64,000 nt of DNA from Octopus vulgaris (GCA_951406725.2 OX597826.1:74400001-74464000); one strand, 5' to 3'. Shown: positions 42,523 to 55,854, numbered from the stretch's first letter. Notes: generated by a model not told the origin, from the sequence alone. Numbers and translations: made by a program.

Positions 42523-42554
<32 letters not shown>

Positions 42555-42638
42555 GATTGTTTGTACGTATGTACATTTGTACGTTTGTATGTATTTATGT
42601 AGACGTGCATGCTTATACATATCTTTTCTTCTTCTTCT

Positions 42639-42713
<75 letters not shown>

Positions 42714-43753
42714 TACAACAATAATAAACTACGGCATACTGAATTCGGAAAAATAAGAAATACACCCAATGAACCTAGCAAAAATACCATTAAAACCCAT
42801 TTAATGAAGAAAAAACTTTTTGATACCAAGCAACAAATAATTATTCTTGATTAATAAGTTTATGAAAAATTAAATAACAAGAAGTAACATTAAAAATAAA
42901 CAACAACAAAAGAATGTCAAATAGCTTAAGAACTGTGCTAAACAAAGTAAAATAAAACAAGACTCAGTAGAACAACATTATAAACCAACCAATGAAAAAA
43001 AACACATTAAACCCTTAATAAAAATAACATAACATAAAGAACCTCCAGAGAATCAACCAATATAAACGATAGACACAAACAAAGCGAGAGGCCCAAAACT
43101 ATAGATACAAAAGAAAAAAAAACATCACCAGCAATAGCCGTTCTCACCTGGTGATCGCTGTAACGTAAAAACTTAAGACTCAAAAAATGCAATTCGTCTG
43201 CCAGATTCACTTTCATAACATTGCTCTTCCCAAGGCTATATTAGAAGATACCAGCCATAGGTGCCGTTTACTCAATGAAATTGAACTCAAAGCTACTTGG
43301 TTACGAAACGAATTTCTTAACCACACATCCATAACTTTTTACATTGTAACACTTTATCTAAAACTAAAGTACTTATGGTACCAAATATATCAATTAAACT
43401 GTGAATTATTTTTATATGTAGTATAATAAAAAACGGTCCTTGTGTGACAATCTCTTGTCCTCTGCTCTCTGTATATGCAAAACATGCTACATGAAGACGG
43501 TTGCAGATTACGCCAGACGAAATTAACGTGAAACAATGAAGATAATAATCGGATTAATATGTGTTGTCGCCTTTTCCATCTCGTAGGTCGTTATCTGCTT
43601 GAGGCTTAAATGTGTTTAGTATTATGCCATAAAAGGGGTCAAGTCGTTGTACGTCGACTCTTTTCATTTTATTTAAAGCACACAAACATACACGTGCACG
43701 CTCACACGAATTCACGTATAGTTATGCATGCCAGCATTCATACAAAAGAACTG

Positions 43754-43848
<95 letters not shown>

Positions 43849-43943
43849 CATATATGTATGTATGTACGTGTGTATATATAGACATATATGTGGTTATATA
43901 TATACATATATATACACATACATTTGCATATATATATATAAAT

Positions 43944-43977
<34 letters not shown>

Positions 43978-43984
43978 TTATATA

Positions 43985-44290
43985 GGCGCAGGCGTGGTTG
44001 TGTGAGAAGAATCTTGCTTCCCAAGCACAAGTTTCGAGATTCGGTCCTACTGCGTGACACCTTGGGCAAATATCTTCTACTATAGTCTCAGGCCGGCCAA
44101 ATCCTTGTGAGTGGATTTTATAGGTGGAAACTGAAAGAAGCTCGTCGTATATATGTGTGTGTGGGTGTGTTTATGTGCGTATGTCTGTGTTTTTACCCTC
44201 CCCGCGCCATTAGCTCTCGACAACCGGAGTGTATAAAGTTTAAAGAAAAGTACTGCGGTCATTCAACTAAGAATTCTTCGAGGTGAATTC
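43985..44290 (+). mobile_element. SINE family B, diverged
   Basis: Head and CCTTGGGCAAA core present. Confidence 0.75.
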
Positions 44291-44477
44291 TTGACCCAGC
44301 ATAACCGGGTCATTTATTTAGTTTTTCTTGACTTTATCCCTCCTCTTTCTCTAGGCTACCCCTAACGTTATGTCCTATAACGTTTTTTTTTTAAACAATA
44401 TTAATAGCGTTCAGTTAATTACAATACATATCCATCATTTTCTGTTAAAATGTCTTATTGGCGAGTTTCATTTCTTC

Positions 44478-44566
44478 ACTTCCCTGAAGAGAAGATTACA
44501 TTGTTTTACACCATTTTATTCCTTTGGAATAATATCAGTGATATCTTCGAAACATGTGTCGGAAGT
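44478..44566 (+). ncRNA. Type I hammerhead ribozyme motif with canonical core
   Basis: Stem I ACTTCC/GGAAGT, core CTGAAGA, stem II GAAGAT/ATCTTC, GAAA, self-complementary stem III ACATGTGT, GUC cleavage triplet. Confidence 0.8.
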
Positions 44567-44786
44567 AAAAGAATTTGAATAACACCTGCGTTAAACTCCA
44601 TTTATTTATTTATTCATATATATTATATAAAAATTTCACGTAAACCTAAAGTTTCTAACTTTAAAAACAAGGAGTCACAACCTTTTTACTTGTGTGATTG
44701 TTTGCTACCCTGGTAACTATTTATCTATTTTTTCCTTGTTAATTGTTAACAAGGGAAAGATACACACATTTATTTATATATATCTA

Positions 44787-44861
<75 letters not shown>

Positions 44862-44871
44862 ATCTATATAT

Positions 44872-45051
44872 AGCGATTTTTTCCTCTGTCTTCCCTTCTC
44901 TGGATCTTTCCTTCTCCTATGTTTCCGACGAAGAGCTCCGCTCGAAACGTTAAACCCTCCTTCTTTCCTTCTTTCCTGAGAGTCCAATAATTCTATATTT
45001 GCTCCACGTCCTCGCGTCGTTGTGTTTTTTTGTGCTTTCTTGTTTGGATTA

Positions 45052-45055
<4 letters not shown>
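44872..45055 (+). mobile_element. Hammerhead-bearing short element, subfamily A
   Basis: Motif at 44921-44955; ends TTGGATTAAC then (TA)n. Confidence 0.8.
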
Positions 45056-45101
<46 letters not shown>

Positions 45102-45172
45102 CAGAGAGAGAGAGAGAGAGGAAAACACTTTAATGCAAACGTGTGAAATCAGCAAAAGCAATGACTATCCCT

Positions 45173-45213
<41 letters not shown>

Positions 45214-45490
45214 TAGAGATATACGGAGAACAGCAGATATTTCTAGAAAAGGTACTTTAACAGCTCCAAAACAAAAACAAAACAATGTTACAGTTAGTTA
45301 TTTTTTCGCTATAAGTACAAACCAGGGGTAATAAGTACAAAAGCTGAATCAATTGTAATGAAGGGAGGATTAAGTCTATTTAAGACCTCATCAGACCACC
45401 CGAGTACACTGCCTCAGCATTCACATTCCTACACGTAAACCTATTAACCCACTTCCTTTGTTAATTATTCTTTTAATAATGGCTTAATTG

Positions 45491-46077
45491 AAGGCGGCGA
45501 GCTGGCAGAAGCGTTAGCACGCCAGGCGAAATGCTTAGCGATATTTCGTCTGTCTTTATGTTCTGAGTTCAAATTCCGCCGAGGTCGACTTTGCCTTTCA
45601 TCCTTTCGGGGTCGATTAAAAAAGTACCAATTACGCACTGGGGTCGATATAATCGACTTAATCCGTTTGTGTGTCCTTGTTTGTCCCCTCTGTGTTTAGC
45701 TCCTTGTTGGTAGTAAAGAAATAGGTACTTCGACTGTCTTTACGTTCTGAGTTCAAATTCCGCCAAGGTCAACTTTGCCTTTCATCCTTTCGGGGTCGAT
45801 TAAAAAAGTACCAATTACGCACTGGGGTCGATATAATCGACTTAATTCGTTTGTCTGTCCTTGTTTGTCCCCTCTGTGTTTAGCCCCTTGTGGGTAGTAA
45901 AAAATAGGTATTTCGTCTGCCGCTACGTTCTGAGTTCAAATTCCGCCGAGGTCGACGATGCTTTTCATCTTTTCTGGGTCGATAAATTAAGTACCACTTG
46001 CGTACTGGGGCCGATCTAATCGACTGGCCCCGCCACTACCCCCAAATTTTGGGCCTTGTGTCTAGAGTAGAAAAGAA
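45491..46077 (+). mobile_element. SINE family A trimer
   Basis: Same architecture as 34690-35275. Confidence 0.9.
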
Positions 46078-47018
46078 CAATGTTTTAATAGAATACTAGT
46101 TATTTGTGTGTGTGTTTATGTGTACGTGTGCCTGTTTTACCACACGGCTATGTGGTAAGAGGTTCGCTTCCCCAACCAAATGGTTTCACGTTCAGCTCCA
46201 CTGCATGCTTCGTGACTTCCTTTACAAGCCTGGGCCCACCAGAGACTTGTGGGTGTATTGTGTAGAATCTCCACTGTAGACAGAAACTATGAAAAGCCCG
46301 TCGCATGCATGCATCCATCCTTCCTTCCTTCCTTACATCCATCCATCCATCCATCCATCTATCTTTTTCTCTCTCCCTCTCTCTCTCTATATATATATAC
46401 ATATCATTTAACGTACACAGTATAACGGTAAGTGCCACCAATAGTTTCTTGCCGTGAAGACACGTGGCACGGCAGGTTTTCATAATTTTTTGTATCCCCA
46501 AGAAATCTTCAGGCGATGAGCACATGGTCTATTCTAGTTGAAAATCAGGATGCTGGTACATGGGTTGGGGGACACAAGTCACCAGCCATAATCGCTCTAT
46601 CTTTTCTATAAACATTGCGTATCCAGGACAACCTCATCCAATGAGTCGTATATTTTTCAAGGCAGAGATGTACATCTTTTTGAGAGATATTGCAGTGAGA
46701 TTTTTTTAGTTATAGAATTTTAAGTCAACCCTTCTAGCACGCGTTATTTGGGGACAGGAATGCCAAAGAAAAGACCCCAACGGTGTTTCCCTATTCCTGG
46801 TGGAGTAGGGAAACACCGCCAAATGGTGGGTGCAGCGACGCGCTGTTGCAGCGTATGCTCCCATGCTATTGCTACTCATCAATTCTATAGTGCTACCTCT
46901 GCTTAATAACTAGCTGCAGATACGCGTTTACAGCATGTTGGAATTGCTTAGTGAAGGTCAGTGGAACGGCTCTGTGAAGGTCAAGAGCCGAGGCCAACGA
47001 AAGGTGTTTCCTCTGAGA

Positions 47019-47400
47019 TCTCTCTCTATATAAACGGCAGTTTGTCTGTGCGTTTTCTGTGTGTCTGTTTTCTCGTACCCTCACTCTGACCACGGCTTTC
47101 AACCGATTCTGATAAAACTTGACACACACATAGCCCAATGTCATAATTCAAAACTAACGCAGCGAAAATTTTGAAAAGTTCCCCCAGTTCTGAAAAAAAT
47201 AGATAAATTCGACATGGGGTCGAGAATCAGAAACCCAAACCACAGACCGTCTAGGGGACGCAACTCCACCTTTTTTAACTCTCAAAAAAATTTACCATCA
47301 TTTTTTTCCATTTTTTTGCTATTTTTTGGCTATAACTCTCTAAAAATGCTTTATAGTTATTTCCCTTACAAACCTGAGCAACGCCAGGCGATACTGCTAG
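47019..47400 (+). mobile_element. Non-autonomous Helitron
   Basis: Inserted between A (47018) and T (47401); 5' TC; 3' hairpin CCTGAGCAACGCCAGG shortly before the terminal CTAG; no TSD. Confidence 0.75.
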
Positions 47401-47918
47401 TTTGTAATAAAAGAATACAAAGTCGCAGTGAGCAACCATTAAACATTGGCACCAGCCCCCCCCCCCCCCCATCGATTCCTTCTTTAAGCAGCTCAAATTC
47501 GTATGTTCGTTGCACTGACTTACTTGCACACTCGCGCACATATACATACTGACACATACGCGTGCATACACAAACACACACACACTCACACACACAAACG
47601 CATATACGCACATACAGACATACGCACACACACACGTACGTACACACACACACGCACACTCACAGATATGAATAGATTTATGGACTCATACTTTACATAC
47701 ATATACATATCTATGCAACCATTCACTTGTCCTCCTACATACAGATACACATACACATACACACACGCTTGCACAAACACTATATGCGTACATAAACACA
47801 AACACACATACATGCATACATACATCTATATATATGTATACATATATATCTCTATATATCTCTCTCTATATATATAAATACATAAATAAATGCATATATA
47901 TACATATATATGTGCATT

Positions 47919-47968
<50 letters not shown>

Positions 47969-47998
47969 CAGACATACACACACATATATAAATACATG

Positions 47999-48098
47999 NN
48001 NNNNNNNNNNNNNNNNNNNNNNNNNNNNNNNNNNNNNNNNNNNNNNNNNNNNNNNNNNNNNNNNNNNNNNNNNNNNNNNNNNNNNNNNNNNNNNNNNN
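47999..48098. other. Assembly gap (100 N)
   Basis: Run of N. Confidence 1.
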
Positions 48099-48440
48099 TT
48101 ATCTTGAGTGGGGCTGCCTTATCTCTCGGCTCTCGGTCAATGTACAGACGCTTGACACAAATGATAGCGTTCAGCTTCTGTTCTGTGTACTCGTACCTCC
48201 AGCAAAATGTTCCGAATGTGTTATAATTGTTGAGTTTCCTGTGAACAAAGCTACAAATGTTTTTTTTTTTTTATGACCCGATGGTTATTCATTTATCATA
48301 AAATAATGAACAACTTATGAAGCCTCTACAGCAGCATTGAGAACAACACCAACAACAATAACAACAACTATTATGATTATTTCTAATTTAGGCACAAGGC
48401 AAGCAAATATGAGAGGAGGAGATAAGTTGATAGATGGGTG

Positions 48441-48992
48441 CCGGCTGCGAAATTTTGTTTCCCACGAGAGTTCCGGATCCCAGTTGTGAATTCATTCGCA
48501 TACAATCAATCAGAGCTCAACTATCAAACTAATTAATGAGCGCACAACAAGTGATGGGCGATAAGATAAGGTCCCTTGGGTAAGGAATGACCAAACTTCT
48601 TTTCTCTTTTAATAATGCTTGTTGTTCTTGTTCTTGTTTCAACCATGGCTGCTTCTGCGTAGTTATTTGTGTTGTTGTTTACTTTGTAAAATTCTAAGGG
48701 GAGAGGGTTGCTAGCACATCACCCTATCCCTACATTTTCCCATCCACATCTTTACCATACGGGGCCCTAACAAAATCCGATAATAGGTATAGATGCAAAT
48801 CTATCTAATTACTTGTCTCTTTCTAAAATCAGGCATAACTCGGCGATCGGTTGACTTATAGCACCGTTCTTTGTCTTGAGTTTACTTGGTAGAGTGTGTT
48901 TGTTAACTTAACAAGAAGGTGAAGATGAGTTCTGATTGGCTGTATGCAAATGAGTTCATTACTGGGGTCTGAAAAAGAATGTCGCGTCCCGG
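48441..48992. mobile_element. MITE-like element with long inverted repeats, splitting a SINE A
   Basis: 48476-48519 is roughly 80% identical to the reverse complement of 48926-48969. SINE A tail lies to the left and its core and head to the right. Confidence 0.65.
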
Positions 48993-49219
48993 TTCTTGAC
49001 TGGTAGAGTTTTTATCGACCCCGGAAAGATGAAAGGCAAAGTTGCCTTCAGCAAGATTTTAACTGAGAGCTTAAAGAGCTGGGCGATGTACAGAAAGGCA
49101 TTTTTCCCGACGCCCAAACGACACTACTTGACTAGCGAAGGTCTGTGAGCGCCTGACGCGTAGAGTAGCGTCAGGCACCCTGCCTCGTTCTACACCTGAT
49201 CCAAGGTTGCACCTCAATG

Positions 49220-49650
49220 AAATAGACGAGCTGTGGAGAGCCTGACAAATGGCGACCACATCTCATCATGAAGGAAAAGCTAGAGATATCGCAGCCTTAG
49301 TGTATGTCTGCTCATCACAGTTCTGTTCAGAGCATGTTTGCACATCATCAACCATAATATACCCATGCCTTCACTCAACGAGTGTTGACAAAAAATGGAG
49401 CCCCTGGTCAGTCGAATGGATCCCTTCTACAGAAATTGAAAGAGCAGGCACTCCGGCCCGGTGAGACATGTACTGGGGAAAGGCATGAAGGTTAGGCGGT
49501 AATGTATGACGGTCAAATGTGAGCATTCGCTACCTCTGACCGAGTTTTCAGAGACAGCGTTCTCTCGGCCAGCTTTAGTTGATATCTGCCGAGAGGCTTT
49601 CAAACAAGTCTGGGATATAAAAGTAAAGCTCGTAGGGGAAAACCAGGCGA
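49220..49650 (-). pseudogene. L1/Tx1-clade ORF2 fragment (post-RT region)
   Basis: RTLSLKTRSEVANAH...HYRLTFMP...LLFQFL*KGS...GMGILWLMM...HTLRLRYL*LFLHDEMWSPFVR; same region as 36960-37200. Confidence 0.75.
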
Positions 49651-51319
49651 TTTAGCCCTGAGCCGCTAACTATTGCTTCCTGTGTATCCGCAGCTGTTAT
49701 CAGCTTTTCGCAACACTCTGCCTCTCCTGCTAAGATTCACGGCTGGTAATGAAATCCATCCTGCCCGCCTTTAGTTCTGGCCCGCCTTTTGTTCTGGCTC
49801 GCCTTTCGTCCCGAATAATCAACCGAAGTGCTGCTAAAGAACCATTCACAGCTACTTAGGACTAAATAACATGCGTCTATTGTAATTCACCAAAACCAAA
49901 TTTTAGCTTCGTGACCCCGTTGCGCTTCTTTAATTCAGGCTCATAAAACAGTTTTCGTCTAATCGTGTCTTAGAGAACAGACCTTAGCTTTGGCAACAGG
50001 TGTTTGGTATCAGGAAAATGCAGTCAACGGAAGGAGAACATTCGAATTCTACACTTGGTTAGCGCCGGGTATGTGCAACCATGTCTTGGGAACGACTCTG
50101 GGTGGTACGAGAACAGTCTGAAAAATTTCTTCTAGAGAGCTTTCCGGTGTGGGATTATAAGCAAGTTTCAAAAGTTCTGACTAGAGAAGGGAATTACCTT
50201 TTCAAAACAATTTCTACAAGGACAGAAGATCAGCTGTTGAACATATTCGAGATACTCGAAGGGCAATAAAGCTCTCCAGCAAGCACTCATTCAAAGCTGG
50301 CTTGGGTGCTTATATCGAAAGACTGCTGCCATCTGTAGGAGGGATCTAGCTATCGGACGAGGCTATAGGGAGAACTAACTGACATAAGGCTATAGTGAAA
50401 GAAGTTGCTTGGAGGACAAGTTACAAAAGTTTGAGGACGGAAATCTTCCTCAAATCATCTTCATATAATGATTGGAGAGCAACGTTGGGATAGAGAAAGA
50501 CCTGTTGTCTTCCAGTATCGTTTACACTGAGTGAAAGTGTCCAGATTGACGAGCTTGAGTGAATCTATTGTGATGATCTACTTCTCAATCGGAGAACAGA
50601 AACCGAGAGAGGGGACTTGTGATATCTTCAATATCAGGATTATTCCAGTGTGGTGTTTCTCGGTAGTTCTCAAGTGTTTGCCTTATCCTGAACTCATTTT
50701 AATCCTTAAAATGTTATATACCATATATACTTTAACTTACATTCTGTTTTCTATCCAATTTACTATTCCATTTCATTGCAAATCTACACATTTTTATTTC
50801 TTACCTGGAGCTTGAACAAAGATTGTTGTATTTACGGCGAGACACAGATGAAGTGGAATGCATAACTGCGTAATGTTTCTACCAGTGTTATGTAATTATT
50901 ATTATTATTATTATTGTCTATTATTTCGTCATACTTCATATTCTAGCCCATCTCTGGCTTGGTGAACCACATCATGCCATACAAAATACCGGAGTAGATT
51001 GTGGATTTTACTACTGAGTCAGATCTGGGTTACGTGTCGCACTTTAATGTAGACCCTTCTATAAATAAATATATACATGTATATATTATTATTATTATTA
51101 TTATTATCATAAAATCCACAAAAAGCTTTGTGAAATAGAGTTACCTTGCGTTTCATGGCCGAAATATTGATTTAATTCGTCATATATCAAACTGTTAAAA
51201 ACAAACGATTTTTGTGTTTTTTGTTATATCTCGACTCTCTTAACTGATGATCGACTGTTAAACAACTTATTGAAAATCTTATCACACAGTGTATATATAT
51301 ATGTAACCGTTAATCCCAA

Positions 51320-51475
51320 CACATTTTTCTATTTCCGTTGTTTTCCTCTCTCAACTCTTTCTGTCGAAGAGCGTTGGCTCGAAACGTCAAAGACTTTTCC
51401 ATTCTCGCTGAGCGTTAAATTAACACACCTGTTTGTTGTTTCTTTACCTGTCGTCGTTTTGTTTTCTGTAAATTT
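51320..51475 (+). mobile_element. Hammerhead-bearing short element, subfamily C
   Basis: TCTTT-CTGTCGA-A-GAGC-GTTG-GCTC-GAAA-CG-TC-AAAGA at 51356-51393. Confidence 0.7.
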
Positions 51476-51493
51476 GATACACACTCACATACG

Positions 51494-51564
<71 letters not shown>

Positions 51565-51779
51565 TAACAGTTATCGCCAAGCTAACATGGCAGTCCAGGA
51601 AAATAGGACGAATGCTACCGTGGATCAGCTCCAAGAGGCCATCGCCTCTAGCTATCTATGTGACACACAAACCTGTGTCTATTATAACCTTCGAACAGGG
51701 GCAGTCAGCAGCTTCCTCTTGCTGGCTTGACATTCAGAGACTAGTTTCGGGGTATTTGTCCCTTATCAATATGGAGTAG

Positions 51780-52354
51780 CCGCGTGTGTACCGTTGGCGA
51801 ATTTTTCCTCTGTCTTCCCTTCTCTGGATCTTTCCTTCTCCTATGTTTTCGACGAAGAGCTCCGCTCGAAACGTTAAACCCACTTCTTTCCTGAGCGTCC
51901 AATAATACTATATTTGTTCCACGTCCTCGCGTTGTTGTGTTTTCTCTTTGTGTTTTCATGTTTGGATTAACTATATATATATATATTTTCCTCTGTCTTC
52001 TCTTCTCGGGATCTTTCCTTCCCCTATGTTTCCGACGAAGAGCTCTGCTCGAAACGTTAAACCCTCCTTCTTCCCTTCTTTCCTGAGCGTCCAATAATAC
52101 TATATTTGTTCCACGTCCTCGCGTTGTTGTGTTTTCTCTTTGTGTTTTCATGTTTGGATTAACTATATATATATATATATTTTCCTCTGTCTTCCCTTCT
52201 CGGGATCTTTCCTTCCCCTATGTTTCCGACGAAGAGCTCTGCTCGAAACGTTAAACCCTCCTTCTTCCCTTCTTTCCTGAGCGTCCAATAATACTTTATT
52301 TGTTCCACGTCCTTGCGTTGTTGTGTTTTTTTGTTTTTGTTTTCTGGTTTGGAT

Positions 52355-52360
<6 letters not shown>
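51780..52360 (+). mobile_element. Tandem trimer of the hammerhead-bearing element (retrozyme-like array)
   Basis: Motifs at 51845-51879, 52028-52062 and 52222-52256; units joined by short (TA)n. Confidence 0.85.
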
Positions 52361-52391
<31 letters not shown>

Positions 52392-52793
52392 CATACACAC
52401 ATACATACTTACATACATATATATATATATACATATATATACACATACATATAATGCCATAATGATATCCGTGGGGCAGCTGATGATGAAGGAATGTTGG
52501 ATTGTTGGAATGCCTTTTTTTTTGTATATGTGGAATAGTATTAGAACACATCCTTTTGATATATATAGATAGACATGTATATATATATATAAATATTTAA
52601 AATATGTGTGTATTTGTGTGTGTGTGAGTGTGCGTATGTGAGTGTGTGTTTATGTGTGTGTGTGTGTGTGATCAGATCGAACCCGTCGACATGTATAGTT
52701 ATTAGAATTTAGTTCACTCAGATTTGTAATGTTTACTACAGCTTTAAACTACGTATGTGTGTACACGCACGTGTTTGTATTTGTTTATAACGC

Positions 52794-52846
<53 letters not shown>

Positions 52847-52905
52847 GGAGTGTGTGTGTGTGTGTGTGTGTGTGTTAGGAGTGTGTGTGTGTGTGTGTGT
52901 GTTAG

Positions 52906-53038
<133 letters not shown>

Positions 53039-54454
53039 GTGTGTGTGTGTGTGTGTGTTAGGAGTGTATTATCTTATTCGAAATGTATGCCTATGTGTCA
53101 TGTGACCGCCAAGATGATATTTCGTTTTGTTTTTTTGTTTTCTCTTTCCTTCTTTACTATTTTTTTTTTATTCTTTTTCGTTGGCGCACAGACTTGGTGG
53201 ACGGAATAAAGAGGAAGAAGAAGAAGAAAGAACAGACCCATCACTGTTTATGATAAACATTTCTGGACAACCGAAGCAATATATAACCCTGACCCCTATC
53301 CTACTTCAACTTCACTTTAAACTCTTCTACATTTATCCCTTATTACTTCCATACTTTTTTTTACCTCTGTTTACACACATATAAACACAAACACTTATAC
53401 ACATCCGCATACATATATACATACAAACATACACTTACTCTTTAATATATATATATATATATATATACGTATATATATATATATATATATATACACACGT
53501 ATACAATAATATATATACACACACACGCACTTACATATATACAAATACACATACACTCGTATATATATATATATTTGCATATATATATATATATACACAT
53601 ATATATGTAATATACATACATATACACATAGATATGTACACACACACAAACACACACATATATAACCGCTTAAGGAAATAACACAAGCTCTGTTCCATTC
53701 ATTTATACATACCTAAATACACATACATTGATAAATATACGCATGTATGTATATACATATACACACGTACACATAATTTTATATATATAGATATAGATAT
53801 AGATATAGATACACACATACACATAATTTTATATATAGCTATACACATATACATCCATAAATCCGTAAACACTAACTGAAAATATCGTTGGTCAGGTGAG
53901 ACCAATATAGTTTGTAGGTGGGGGAACTGGGGTGGATGAGGGGTGGATGACGATAAAAGATGAAACACAGACATTGACGTAACATCTGTACGAAAGCATA
54001 TAATTAAGCACCGCTCCACACACACACACACACACACTGACACCAGCTGACACTCACACCCACGCACCCATATTGACACTCTCGTACATACAGTCATACA
54101 CAGACACACACACCGACGGACATACACGCACACACACACATACATCAACACTTAGACATAAAGACACACACACACGTTTAGATACATACATACATACATA
54201 CATACATACATACATACATACATACATACGTACATACATATATACATACATACACACATACATACATACACACACACATACATACGTGCATACATACATA
54301 CGTACATATATACATACATACATACACACACACACATACATACACACAAACACACATATACATACACACAAACACACATATACATACATACATACATACA
54401 TACATACATACATACATACATACATACATACATACATACATACATGATGGTCTC

Positions 54455-54665
54455 TGTTTTAGGTAGAAAGCCAGTAATACTGAAGGGTGGAGGTTAGTCG
54501 ATATCATCGATCCCCCAGAAGGTCACTGGTATCCCGAGAAAGGATGAAAGGCGAACTCTAGTTCGGTGGGAATCGAACTCGAAACGTAAAAAAAAAAAAC
54601 AAGAGAGAAAAGGCCGGAAGAAATTACCGCGACGCGTTTCGTCCGTCGTTCTAAAACAACTTCAG
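54455..54665 (-). mobile_element. SINE family A, diverged
   Basis: GGATGAAAGGCGAA core and B-box remnant. Confidence 0.7.
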
Positions 54666-55200
54666 CCACCACCACAACCACCACCACCAACAACAACAAC
54701 ACTACCAGCCACCACCACAACCACCACCACCACCACCACCACTACCACCACCACCACAACCACCACCACCACCACTAACACCACCAACATCACCACCACC
54801 CACCACCACCCACCACAACCACCACTAACACCACCACCACCACCACCACCACCACCACCACCACAACACAACCACCACTACAAGCACCACCACCAGCATC
54901 ACCACCACCACCCACCACCACCACAACCATCACCACCACCACCATCGTGGCTATTAGCTATATCATTACCGACAGCTAAAACAAGGTAGAACAAAGGAAA
55001 CCAAAAAAAAAAAACAAAAGTAAAAAAAAAAAAACAATAGCCCCAATCAACAACAGCAACAATCACAACAACATTCTCGCCATTATCAACAACAACAACA
55101 ACAACAACGACATCATCCTCAAACAGCAACAAACATCAACATCTCATCGTCATCAACATCCACAACATCACCACCACCACCACCATCACCAACAACAACA
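54665..55200. repeat. (CAC)n/(CAA)n low-complexity tract
   Basis: Direct reading. Confidence 0.9.
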
Positions 55201-55239
55201 ATCAGAGCCCTTATCATTTTCTCTCCTACTCACACACTC

Positions 55240-55691
55240 TCTCTCTCTCTCCCTTCCTCCCCTCTCCCCCTCTATCCCTCTATCCTCCCCTCCCCCCCCC
55301 CCCACACTCTCCGTTTCTTCTAGACATTCCTGTAGGAGTTCTTAACTTCGTAATATTTCCGCTGCCTTATTTTTTGAATCTTTTCCTCTCAGTCACGTCG
55401 CGCACTTTACGTCTCACACTCCTTCACTTCTCCTTTCTTATCGTCTCTTCTTCTTGTTGTGGTTGTTGTTGTTGTTGTTGTTGTTGTTGTTGCTCTTTCG
55501 ACAGCAGCTCACAAACACATACACAAAACACACTCACATACAAACATATACACCTATTTACACCCTCACCTCTACATCTACAAGTACAGACGCGTGCGAG
55601 CACACACAAACGCGCACACGCATATACATACATACATACATACCTATCTATCTCTCTATCTATCTATCAATATATATATACATATACATAC

Positions 55692-55772
<81 letters not shown>

Positions 55773-55805
55773 AACATTCATACATATATATATATATATA
55801 TATAT

Positions 55806-55854
<49 letters not shown>

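Noticed and set aside
51741-52151. Repeated ORF NTTTRGRGTNIVLLDAQERR...
   Set aside because: Antisense reading of the non-coding hammerhead element; frames are not preserved between copies.
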